Shown here piece after piece: positions 23,903-35,194 of a stretch of 44,571 bases of DNA. The DNA is taken from positions 1 to 44,571 of the forward strand of contig CAJVPI010000185.1 in assembly GCA_910592345.1 (NCBI GenBank), in the 5' to 3' direction. The notes under the pieces were generated by a model. The model had not been told where the DNA came from. It searched no databases and was given only the letters and a program-made list of their open reading frames with translations. This DNA is from Paraglomus brasilianum. Taxonomy: Eukaryota. A program made the position numbers and the translations under genes. The stretch's first letter is position 1, and every line of letters begins with the position of its first letter.

Positions 23903-25918
23903 CACAAAGTAAAATCTATACTAAAGAAAGTGATCGCTTCATTATTTATAAAAGTATATAGGGTGAGAGAAATGTCTCGTGCTGCACCTTATACTGGAAG
24001 TGATCGTCAAATAACAATAATGAAAGGCATTACAATTCTCATATGTTGCTGCATCATTGTTGAGAGAGTTAATATAATATTGGCTTAACAACTAATATCC
24101 GCCGCGAATGAGTAATCATATCGTGTAACATTTATTTGGCCCGAGGGCCAGAACACGTACATTCAATCACACCTACGATACAATGCGCAGCTATCCGTTA
24201 AGCTCTTAACATCACTAGTAACAACTATTTGTATCAACTGAGTTCTATACACAGCCACTTCGTCAATTACCAGAGGAGTTGCAGAATAAGATGATAGTGA
24301 TGGCGGCGCAGTGCACATCTTTTAGCATTTATTCCTACCTGATGGATTTGGTAATCGGAAGTTTAGGTGCTTGCCCAAATAAAGTGGAAGGATTTATGTT
24401 ATAGAATAAGGTTGTATTGAAACAATAATGTAAATAGCACGATTGTTGAAAATCACCAACGATTACTGTTTATGTACCTCCCCACAGTGATTGCTAATTT
24501 TAGCACCTCGACTGACATATTCTAAAGGCTATCGGTCACAAGTTATATTTACTCTTACTATCAAAATGTACTTTCTCTATTTTCAATAAATTTAACAACG
24601 ATAAATCTGTGGGGGTTGAACTAAGACTACGTGTTATTTGATCCCCATCATCAGAAGTAACATTCAAACTTCCGGAACCGTTTATTTCCCGCGTAAAGAT
24701 AAATGATATCTTTATCATAAGAAGAATCGACCAATGTTTATTGTCGCTTGGAGAATCTGCCAAAGTTTATAATGTATCGGGCCTCGTTTATTACCCAATT
24801 TAATACAATCGTAATACAATAGTAGAATCATCACCAACACATTTAGATTGTAGTCGACATTTTTTTCTGAGACTTTTATACATTGGTCCACATCTCTGTT
24901 AATTATAGTTGAACGAATATGCAGAATATGCTAAAAGTGTCGGACAAACACGGCAACTTCCAATAGCTAACCAGTTTTATCATTTATTGATTGTAAAATT
25001 TAATGTTAATATTTCGGGAGCATTTCTTGCTAACTATTGTCCGTTGTTATGATATATAGTTCTGGGCAATATCATCAATGTTAATGGTATTCAGGTTTTG
25101 AAAGTTTGTTTTATCCAATTGTAAATATTATAACAGTCTTATTGGGTTATGGAGTTAATGGACAAATTAGAATATAGGATTCATAAAAAATTTGAGTTAC
25201 GTAATAATAATTGACCTCTTTTTGACATTTCTCCTCGTGAAAGAAGATTTTGATAATCTGTTTAATAACAAAGGTGTCAGCAATGGCTAAATCAGGCCTA
25301 TCATCTGTGTGAGAATCGGATGGCTCGGCCCTGCAGACGCGACGGATGTTAGTAAGATTTACGCAAATTAATGACATAAAGCACTAACATTGCGCGCAGT
25401 TAACAATCGGTTAAAATTTTCAATGATGGAAAAGACCGCTTGGAAGGTGAGCCTCGATCCAGAAGGTCTTTGCGAAGCAATTTGGAAATAATGGGCGAAT
25501 ATTACTATTATTATAGTTGTTCTTCGTATTGTTAATTCAGTAAATCAACAATAATATAGTAATCGTAAATACTATCACAACAGCATCAATGTAAGATATG
25601 TCATCTTCCACATTCCTCTGTTGAGCACAAGCAACGATAGCTTATTCGTCTAGACACGTGAACAGAGACAGTTGCGGTTCCAGCACTGGAAACAATAAAA
25701 AGCTTGTCCCTTAATACGATGTAAATAAATGTGAGAATTACATAGCAAACGCATTTTGTTGTTTTTCACTTATCATCATTTTATATTTCCAACTGCCATT
25801 ATTGACCCTGTGATACAGATGCGCTTACTTTGGTGTATACAATCCCTTTTCTACGGACTATTGGAACCAATTCCACCGGTTTAGGTACTGTAGCGTAATG
25901 AGCAATCAAGACCGTGAG

Positions 25919-25996
25919 TGTATGTAAATCCCATCACTATGTAAATTCCGTTTGAGGTCTCCAAACGCATTTACATAGTAACGGGATTTACATACA
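25919..25996. repeat. 78-bp near-perfect inverted repeat (hairpin)
   Basis: TGTATGTAAATCCCATCACTATGTAAATTCCGTTTG, 7-nt loop, then CAAACGCATTTACATAGTAACGGGATTTACATACA. Confidence 0.85.
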
Positions 25997-26777
25997 AAGC
26001 CAGAAATAAGGTTACTAACTGTACAATTTAAGCAGGAGTAGAGCCTCGATTGAAAGAGCCAAAATTACTGAACATCTCCTGCGGTAATTGGCTCGGGTTA
26101 TGATGACTTTTTCTCATTACTTATACAATAGATGGTGTAAATCTGCGAATTGCGATCCGCTATCATTATATTTTGATTGGTACAATTTATGCAAGAGACG
26201 AAACCATATTTTTCCCTTATTGGAAATGAGACTATTTCGTATTTCCTAATCAAGTATATTTTCTGTGCATCTGGTTAATGCAAAATTACTATATCTATAT
26301 CTATATTTATATTATATTATGAATCAGGTCCAGATATGGCCTCCGTCCACCCACCACCCAAGTGTGTGCTTTATACCAAAAAAAAAAAAAACATAAATAA
26401 TAAACCCCCCCCCCCTCCGCCCGCCAACTTATTATTATGGGTTGAATTATGTTGTGAAAAAAAACTCTTCTATTTCCCATAATTTTAATATTATATTTAA
26501 TCGAGTAAGTTTTCCTTTTGAATAAATGCAACTTGCTATTAATGTTATATAAATCTCTCGCATTATCGATTTACTACATTATACGTTTTCTTCTTTCCGT
26601 GAAAAACAACAACTGATATTTTCGTTGTCGCTTGATATGAGTTCCCTGCACCATCATTTTTTTTCGCGAACATATAATCCATTACATACAAATTTTATGA
26701 TTCAACGTTTTTCAATACGGATTGATTACAAATCCGCTACAGACGCAGACTTGACCTTCATATCACATATACGTACC

Positions 26778-27444
26778 TTCGCTAAAAAAGGGCCGAGTTT
26801 TCTAATATCTCAAATCCATGACATATTCGATACTTTTCTTTATATAGTATATCACTTCGCTCTAGAAAGGCTGTTTTCTTTATTACCTCAGAAAATTCAT
26901 ATGATGTATTCGATACTTTCCTTTATATATAGTATGTTATTTACTTTTTCCATGCAAACCAATTTTCGCTAGCTAGAAAGGCTAAGGTTTATGGCGTATT
27001 CGATACTTTTCTTAATATGCCACCTCTTTACGTTGCACACAACACTGCTAGTACCCATTGTCTGATTCACTGAAAAGGCTAAACCCGGGCGTATTCATCA
27101 TTTTCCTCTGCACAGTATGCCTGTATTATTATAGTATGTTAGCCATGCCCAGCACTCCATGTTACAATATTTACTTGTCCCGATATGACGTACTCCTCAT
27201 TTCCTAATGTATAGTAAAGGCTAAGTTTTCTATTACTTCATTACTTTCTTCTTTATCTATGTCATGTTACACCACAATACTAGTATTTATTGTCCGATTT
27301 CGCTAAAAAGGCCAAGTTTTCTGTTAACTCAAATCCATACGACATACGTACGTATTCGCCATTTCCCTCATACGGTATTATTTATGCCACGTCTCTCTAT
27401 AATACCCCATTGCCTGATTTCGCTAAAAAGGTCAAGTTATCTAA
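26778..27444. repeat. Degenerate tandem array, about 7 copies of TTCGCTAAAAAGGCTAAGTTTTCT...TATTCGATACTTTTC
   Basis: Core copies start near 26778, 26856, 26965, 27066, 27210, 27299 and 27419, with variable spacing. Confidence 0.75.
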
Positions 27445-27446
27445 TA

Positions 27447-28278
27447 CAAGGCAAACTCGATAAGACGAAAGTCGGGGGCGGGGGCAATTTATTCGGCTTA
27501 TCGAGATTTTCGTTTTACTAAATTTCGCACTAAGCCGAATTTATATATATATTTGCACAAATTTTCGACTTACAATTCAACAGTATAAACTTATTCATCA
27601 ATGGTAAAACGAAAGAATATTTATTTGCTGTAACGTATTCTGAAGTTTAGTCTCAATTATTCTCTTTAACTTTCTTAAGTTAGATACGAAAGTAATATCA
27701 ACGTCGAGCTCGTTGTCACAATCTTGACTGTGTTGGGTTTATTCCAAACCCGATTGCTAAAGTTTCCAACGTAAAATTAGGATGTTCTTACGCTTTAATA
27801 CAAAGAGCTTTTTTCGAGGCCAGTCAGCGTCTTACGTTTTATTTTTTTCTCTGTGCTTTATTTTTTGAATTGCTTATTATGGACACAATATTTGAAGAAC
27901 CACTCGTTGAACTTTGTCCATTCTGAAGGATTAAAGTTATTTGTAACAAGCACCTACGTGTTTAAACGAAAAGATTTTTCATAAAGAATACCTGACGCTA
28001 ATGGCCGAAAATTCTATAACTGGAAAGGTAAAATCGATAATAAACAATCGAGCGACAATTCAAGAACCGAACCAATCAATACACATTCACGTGACAACTT
28101 CGGTATATATCGAGATAAAATTATTATTGTCAGTTGTTCGAAAACCTTCGGCTTACCTTTTAACGTAAATTATTAATAAAGTTCGGCTTACGCTATAATA
28201 AAAATTTGGTAAACCAGAAAAACTTCGGCTTAATGCAATTTCGGCTTAACGTGGCTTCGTCTTAACGAGTTTAACTTG
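27447..28278 (-). mobile_element. Non-autonomous, internally deleted Tc1/mariner (pogo/Tigger-like) DNA transposon
   Basis: 23-bp TIRs CAAGGCAAACTCGATAAGACGAA / CAAGTTAAACTCGTTAAGACGAA (20/23 match), TA on both flanks, subterminal TTCGGCTTA repeats. Minus-strand relic KRKTLTGLEK..LCIKA*EHPNFTLETLAIGFGI (psq/CENP-B HTH-like) joined to ..NTLQQINILSFYH*. Confidence 0.82.
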
Positions 28279-28280
28279 TA

Positions 28281-28346
28281 GTATGATTGTAACTGTAAAG
28301 GAGGTAAATGGAACAGCCTGTGACTGTAGGAGAGGTTGACTGTATT
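28281..28346. mobile_element. Probable solitary terminus of a second TA-flanked DNA transposon
   Basis: Ends GGAGAGGTTGACTG|TA (reverse complement TA|CAGTCAACCTCTCC, pogo-type TIR) with repeated GTRACTGTA..GAGG motif. No partner TIR found in the window. Confidence 0.45.
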
Positions 28347-29504
28347 ACGTGATGTATCATATCAATTTTTCAAGTCTTAAGTCACTTTCTAAGGAGGCTT
28401 GAACCAAGTTGTCATAGTTACTGTAACTGTCAACATTATTGAAATTTGTATTTGGAGGGCTGCGCTCTCCTAAATTATTATAGTATAATGAATGAATATC
28501 AAGTTCTTCAATAAGGAAAACTTTAGACCCTCCCTCCCCCCCCCCCCAGCTTTGCTTTTTCTTGTTAATTTTATGACGAACAATTATTTCGAATTCTGCA
28601 GATGTCCCACTATCCGAAATATATTGAGGTTCGAACTGGGAAGATTGCCCCACTTGAGTTTTGAATGCATTTATAAATGTAATGTGAGTAGAAGAAGACC
28701 TGTAGTTATTTGACAAGAATCAGCAACAATGTATAGGATCGAATACTTCTGACTACAAGTTTGTTGTTGTCATGTAGATTGGTTAATGTACTAGCTACTT
28801 CGATTACGTCATCGGGAGAGAACGTAGTGGTAGCTAGCCAATCTGGAATTTTTTAGGAACGTAAAATTCCACTTGGACGCCATTTGGAAAATTTAGAAAT
28901 ATTCTGATAATTTTGGTTCCGTTCTATTCTTCTTGGTTACATCATAAAACGTGTTAACAGTAGAGTCGATGTGTACGAGCATTGTTGAGTATTTAGTTTT
29001 ATGTTTTATTTAGAATCTTTGAATTTAAATTTAACGTGCAGGGGAATTTTCCTTTTAAATGAATCAGGAAAGCTGATGGTGGATGTTGGTTAATGCGTAG
29101 GGATATATTGACAGTTGTGTATAACAAAGACGGATTATTAATCAGTTGTTTAGCTAAATGCGACGGGTTGGTAATATGATTGTTTGTAGAAAGGCAAAAA
29201 ATTGTTATATTACATAGTAATCTAGGAACGGCATATACGAGACCGATTTTACATCGTGAGTATTTGAAACTAATCGCAAGTTCAATAATTGTCATTAGAA
29301 GTTTATTACGAAGTAGGGATAGTCAAAGGTCCCGGTTGAAAAGGCTAAATCTCAAGGCCAGTGTACGATTGCTCTCCCGCGTCTATTTGCTCATAAACTC
29401 TAACAATCGATAATTACACGTATATACAGTCTGATTCAAAGGTCACGGATCACCGTAAAATTTTACTGTCCCGCGTAAGTAATAATGATTGTGGCAGATT
29501 AAAC

Positions 29505-29658
29505 CGAAATCGGATTAAAACGAAATTTGGGGTCTTCTTGGATCCTCTTTTAATGCCTCTGAAACCCACATATAACAAAAGTTACCCTAAATCCCAACCC
29601 AAATCTCAAAAAAGCGCCCCCATTAAAATAGAGAAAATTTCATTTTAATCCGATTTCG
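29505..29658. repeat. 24-bp inverted repeat pair about 105 bp apart (probable MITE/TE relic)
   Basis: CGAAATCGGATTAAAACGAAATTT and AAATTTCATTTTAATCCGATTTCG, 1 mismatch. Confidence 0.7.
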
Positions 29659-31019
29659 TCACAATAAATGTCGCGGCTATCGGCGCTCGCTGTACATTGC
29701 GAACAAAACACATTCGGTCATAACGTTACACTAACGCAGAGTAGTCAATTACATAATAATAACACGTTTCCACAATCTGTTACTATTTTTTGTTCAAACT
29801 CTTATTTCTGCATACGCGGGGATATCATAGAGGGTTAGTGTCATTGTTAGTGCTGGAGTTTAAATAAATAGCAACATCAATATCAGTTAGAGGTTATAAT
29901 TAAACGACAGTAATCAAAATTCTTATAATAAAAGCTCTGATTTTTCCCATCTACTAACCCTAACCCTAAACCCGTCTCATAACGTTCAATTGAACCATCG
30001 TAATAAAATTTGCAATCTTGGCAAGTCCCGCTCTTCTACGTTGGTGTCAAAAGTAACTTACGCTGCTGTTACAATGAAGATCTTCTCAATGCCATTGTCT
30101 TCATCACTATTATCTGAATTATAAGTAAGGTACATATGTATATTATACGTAATTAAGAGTGAAATCTGGTAGTGATAACAACGGCTATGATATCAAAGTT
30201 AATGTATGAATTTATATACGTTCTGTAGCCAGTGTTGCTAATAGAGAGAGGTTGATATTAACGTAAAGGGAATCTCTTTTTTTTTCTCACGTCAATTCCA
30301 ACGAAACAATAGTAGTAATTGTGAAACGGTCTAAAAGCTCTAAACATCATTGATTAAGCCACATATTAATAACATTATATCGAGCAGATGTGTCTCGCAA
30401 GTTACTTTGTATAATTTAGAAATAATCTATGAAACGACTTGGAGATATTTAAGCAGCTCGACTTCACTAGCTTTCATTGTCTCGCATTTGGTTCCATTAT
30501 TCAAATATTAATATCTTATTCCATTCTAATAATGAGTAGTGAAATCGTCCACAATGTTAACTTGTGCCCTGGTGACTAATCCTCTATCGATAATGATATT
30601 CGATACTCGTTCTTCGTTGTCCTGGTGACAGTTGCGACTACTGTTCGTCTAAATAATAAGCGCGTTTTAGATAGCCCAATCTATAGACTTTCGTCGTCTA
30701 ACGATAGTCAATCATATATATTGTAATAATATTGAAGCAATGGAAAGAACATTCAGTAATTTTGTTTCCAAAATCTGTTCACTTTGAATGCTAGGTACAA
30801 ATCATGTGACTTTCATTGGGTATTAATATGCTTCTCGACTTTGCAACTGTTGGATGTTAATATTAATGATTACTAGAGCATCGCCTGTACCAATTACGAC
30901 GCAATATTAAGACACGCTTAATATTAAACGCAGAAAGTCAGTAATCACGATTTGAATTGCTTAATGACGATTCGCACATTAAATAGTATACTACACATTA
31001 AGCATGTGGCATATTAATC

Positions 31020-31020
<1 letters not shown>

Positions 31021-31050
<30 letters not shown>
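31021..31050. repeat. (AAT)10 microsatellite
   Basis: Read directly. Confidence 0.9.
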
Positions 31051-31052
<2 letters not shown>

Positions 31053-31467
31053 CTACTGCGGCAATTTGGATTAATCATTATAAATTCGTATAATAATAAC
31101 AATAATGCACATTGCACAATAAGAATTCCTGATATGTATGTAAAGTATGGAAACCGGGGTTAAATGCGTCTCAAACATTGTAATAATGAAAGCTTCTTAC
31201 TGTGGCACTACAGTGGCGTTAACCCCCTTGCCGATCATTTCAATCACGGACGATTATTCGATTGGCAAGCATATTTCCTCCGCTGTCCAAGCCACCAACA
31301 ATACCTCTTCCTCTGTCAACTCATAGTAGGTTAGTATACAATTGTTACTACAAAGTTGCTTGGCTTTAGACAATTGAAGAACTTGCCTCATCGCCCAGTA
31401 CACTTTGCCTGCTTTCCAAAAATATAATCAGACTACGCAACAACCTTCCCAGCACATCATCTTTCCA

Positions 31468-33106
31468 ATGACTTCTCAACAATTACAACAACATCAGCAA
31501 CAAAACCAGCAGTTTGGACAACAGGTTGGTTTTCAACAAAGAAACTATGAATATTGTCGAAACAATGGCCTCTGATTGTCTACAAACAATTATATATTTA
31601 CGAAATTCCTTTTTGATAGTTCTGGAGTCAGCAGGTTCAAGCAGCAGAACAGTTTCAAAGCGATTTCAAGAATCACCCATTACCTCTGGCTAGAATTAAA
31701 AAGGTTATGAAGAGCGATCAGGATGTCAAGGTGGATTACACAATTCACGTCTGTTTCGAGGCTTTTCTGCGCTCAATAAAAATTTAAAGTTTTTCTCTTA
31801 TTTTTTTTGTTCTCTCTCAATACACCAGATGATTAGTGCCGAGGTATGACGTCAACGTGCACATACTTACATGTCCCATCCAATAATAAAAGGCGACAAA
31901 GAATCCGCCTAAAAGTCTAACTGTGATATCTAATCAGTATTCGATATCTGCCTCTCTCACCATCCATTTCCCTCTCTCAGGCTCCGATTCTTTTCTCTAA
32001 AGCCTGCGAGATTTTTATATCCGAAATCACAATGCGCGCATGGATTCACGCTGAAGAGAACAAGCGCCGCACTCTCCAACGGAGTGATGTTGCATCGGCC
32101 GTGACTCGATCTGATCAGTTCGATTTTCTTATAGATATTGTACCTCGTGAAGAAGTGCCAAAGGTGGTGCGTAGGCCTAAGGAAGAGGTTGTTGGGGTAA
32201 ATATTTGTTATCGCGCGATTGATTTTCGAGAAGGAGAAATACCATTTAGAACGGTCAACCGTAATGACTGTCCCCGTCACTCTGCCGCCATCTACATATT
32301 ATATGATCTCATCTTTTAACTCTCTTGTTTTGTGGATTCATTGATCATGCGCTAAAGTATTCCTGCTTGCATTTATGTAGCAACAGACGGAAGCGATGTA
32401 TGACCAGAATGTATTGGCTTATTATCAGCCGCCTCCTGGTATGCAATATACCTCCGAAGCAACTGCGTATTATCCGGTATGACTTGCTGTAAAACTAGTC
32501 AGGTCACTTCTTTTGCATTTGCCTCCCCTTTTCCTTCTTGCAACTCCACCATTTTCTTCACCCAGTTTCTTCTTTATCTTCATCTTTACTTTTTATTGTC
32601 TTCCATATATACACGCGTGTATGTGTGTGTGTTTGTAAATCTTTTTCTTGCTTTCTTTCTTTTTCAAAAAAAAAATACGTACCCTACTCCTCCCCCGCCG
32701 CAAAAATTCTTTTCGAAAAAAAAATAAACAATTACAAAAAAATTACCAAAGAGAGAACAGATCTAACAAGAGGCCAAACCAAATTACTCCAATGTAACCA
32801 TCAACGATCGCCAAAACTCAGCTACAACAAGATCATATTCAACTTCAAATGCAACAATACCAGCAACACCAAGTTCAACATCAACTTCTACAAGGAATAC
32901 CCCATCAGCAGCAGCAACGCATAGATGCACAGTCCAATAAGCCTCAAGACAAGCCAATACGTCAAGATCAGATGCCGTCAACGAAAGTTGCTTCTATAGA
33001 CGATCAGCTGCACGATGCTGCCGTTGTCGTGGCTGCCTTCACTGCAGCTACCCAACGACAAAATGACTCGCAAGTTCGGCGAGACAAGAACGTGACTGGG
33101 AAGTAG
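31468..33106 (+). CDS. HAP5: CCAAT-binding factor subunit HAP5/HapE (NF-YC), histone fold, Gln-rich termini
   Basis: [81 protein letters not shown]. About 6 exons including a 15-nt microexon. Confidence 0.93.
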
Positions 33107-33310
33107 AGAATATAAATCGAATTTATGGTACAGGAAACGAGATTTGTTTGAGTGGAGGTTTGGAACTATTGTAAGATGGGAACTTGTGTACATATTATCT
33201 GATTAAATTTTTGCTTGACTTTTTCTTCTTCTTCTTTCTTCTATTGGAATATTTGGCTTGTTGGAGGACGGGGAATTATACATCAACCAAAAGAAAATTT
33301 TTGTAATTTT

Positions 33311-33394
33311 GTAGTAGTAGCAGCAGTAGTAGTAGTTTTTGTTAGAGTTGTTGTTAGAATTGTTGGTTGTTGTTATTGTTGTTGTTGTTGTTGT
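33311..33394. repeat. Imperfect (GTA/GCA)n-(GTT)n microsatellite in the HAP5 3' region
   Basis: Read directly. It explains the spurious low-complexity ORFs here. Confidence 0.8.
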
Positions 33395-33674
33395 TCTTTC
33401 CACCCACCACACTTAAGATTCATTGCCTTTGCTACGTCTGTTCTCTCGTTTCTTCATTGGTACAATTAATGTTTTATTTCTCATATCTTCACTTCTAATT
33501 TTTCTTTGACTTTAGTATTCTCCATTTCCACAACCAGGAATAAAGGCGTTTGTATACACACACCATCAGGTCCAGTAGCTGTCGAATACAAGATGTCTAG
33601 TTTGGTATTCACATGATCAAACGAACTTGGTTTCATTGTAGATTGTCAACACACACGTTCTCTGTGTTTTTTTT

Positions 33675-34795
33675 TTAAAAAACTCTATTCTGTAAAATTA
33701 AATGATCTACGAGATGCAAATCTACAGTGCCCTTTAACATTGCTGCAAACACTTTCAACTCATCTACTACCGCCTCCACGCGTTCCGAAGACTCTGCCGA
33801 AGCAGATACTTCTACAAGCCAATGGTTATTAGGATCAAATGGTCTAATGCGTGTTGCATCGTTCCTAACCTCTGGCTATATTTTACATGAGTAGAAGAAT
33901 GGTTAATAAAAATCGTTGACGAGTTTACATCATCAAATGTCGAGTTTTTATGCACAGAATTTGAATATGACGGTATACCAGAAATATCTGCGTGATGACT
34001 ATTTTTAATATGTTGCGATATACAAAGATGACACCTCTTCTAATAAACTCAAAGGCAAAGCTGCAAATTAATAGAGACATGTTAGATTCTCGTTTAAATC
34101 GAACATGCTTGGTTGCACTTTATAAAGTTCGTTCTTTATCTGCTCACTCACCTATACCCAAGAGCAGTCATAAAAGCAAACGCATTGCCATTTGTGAGCG
34201 ATGTGCTGTTGATCTGACGAACAGTTACTGGTTTTTGCGTGCTCGTTTCTGGAGGACCAATTTGAATGAGTTGCCTACAGTATAACAACAACAAGATGGT
34301 AGGATCAACTAATATGCGAAAAGGATGACGAGTCCGGCCAGGATTTAATATTTTCACGCATCTGTCGACTCTTTGTCCTTTTGTAAGCCTCAAACATACC
34401 TACCATTTCCTTTTCGTAAGATTCTTGTCATCTAATGAGGATTTTAGTCTGAGCAGGACATCTTCGTTACGACCTGGTCCACCTCTGGTTTGGGCTTGTT
34501 TAGGAGGATGAAATAAATGCGTGAAAGAATGTAATTGGGAGTTTGTAGTAGAGAAGGAAAGAGTGCTTAATTTTTCACAGATTATTATTCTTCAAGTATA
34601 CTGTCTGGGTACTGGCAAGCCTTACAGAAAGGTCTCGCGCCCTCCGCTAATTCGGTTTTTACCTGTCGGCACAAAGCCTATTTCGTGTTCACTAATTGGT
34701 ACGGGCTCAGTTGCACATATGCCTATAAGTCTGTCTATAAGCTGGGATTGGATTTGATCCGATATTCTACCATGAAGAGAGCATTCAAAGAGCAT
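33675..34795 (-). CDS. MED18: Mediator of RNA polymerase II transcription subunit 18 (Srb5)
   Basis: 5 predicted exons: MLFECSLHGRI..LIDRLIGIC..ISEHEIGFVP, VLLRLKS, QIGPPE..PVTVRQ..FMTALGY, FAFEFIRRGVIF, WLVEVSA..ELKVFAAMLKGTVDL. Confidence 0.85.
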
Positions 34796-35194
34796 AACAG
34801 ACGTATAAAATAGTCAAGGAATAGGAGTGGCTTAGCCACTATTAGATTGGATCAAACTTAATATATGTGGTAAAGTATTATAAGCGTTCTACTACATCTC
34901 AAGCCTGATAACCTATTTGGGTTAATTATGTAGTTACTGAAGCAACAGCAATAAATTAATTTTGTCAATGTAAAAGTTGTACTTGTTGATATAATAATGA
35001 TTGATCTTTTATTTTGTCCTTGAAACTGTCGATATATTCCAGCTATAGTCCTCTTTACATTTAACCTAGCACTAACCTTTTTATTACCAACATCAAAAAC
35101 CGACTAAGCATATGTGGTCGTGTTTGTGTAACTGCCAATAGTTATTATATTGCCTTACCCCAAACTTCATCAACGCCTGATATACTTTACTCTA

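Noticed and set aside
26778..27444. Repeat-spacer pattern as a CRISPR array
   Set aside because: The repeats are degenerate, the spacing is irregular, the spacers resemble one another, there are no cas genes and the context is eukaryotic.
28357..28716. 119-aa minus-strand ORF in the TE island
   Set aside because: Non-ATG start, runs through a G homopolymer and has no identifiable domain; at most TE debris.
32479..33469. Poly-Cys/Val/Thr/Asn ORFs and alternate-frame ORFs around the HAP5 3' end
   Set aside because: They arise from microsatellites, intron sequence or antisense shadows of HAP5.
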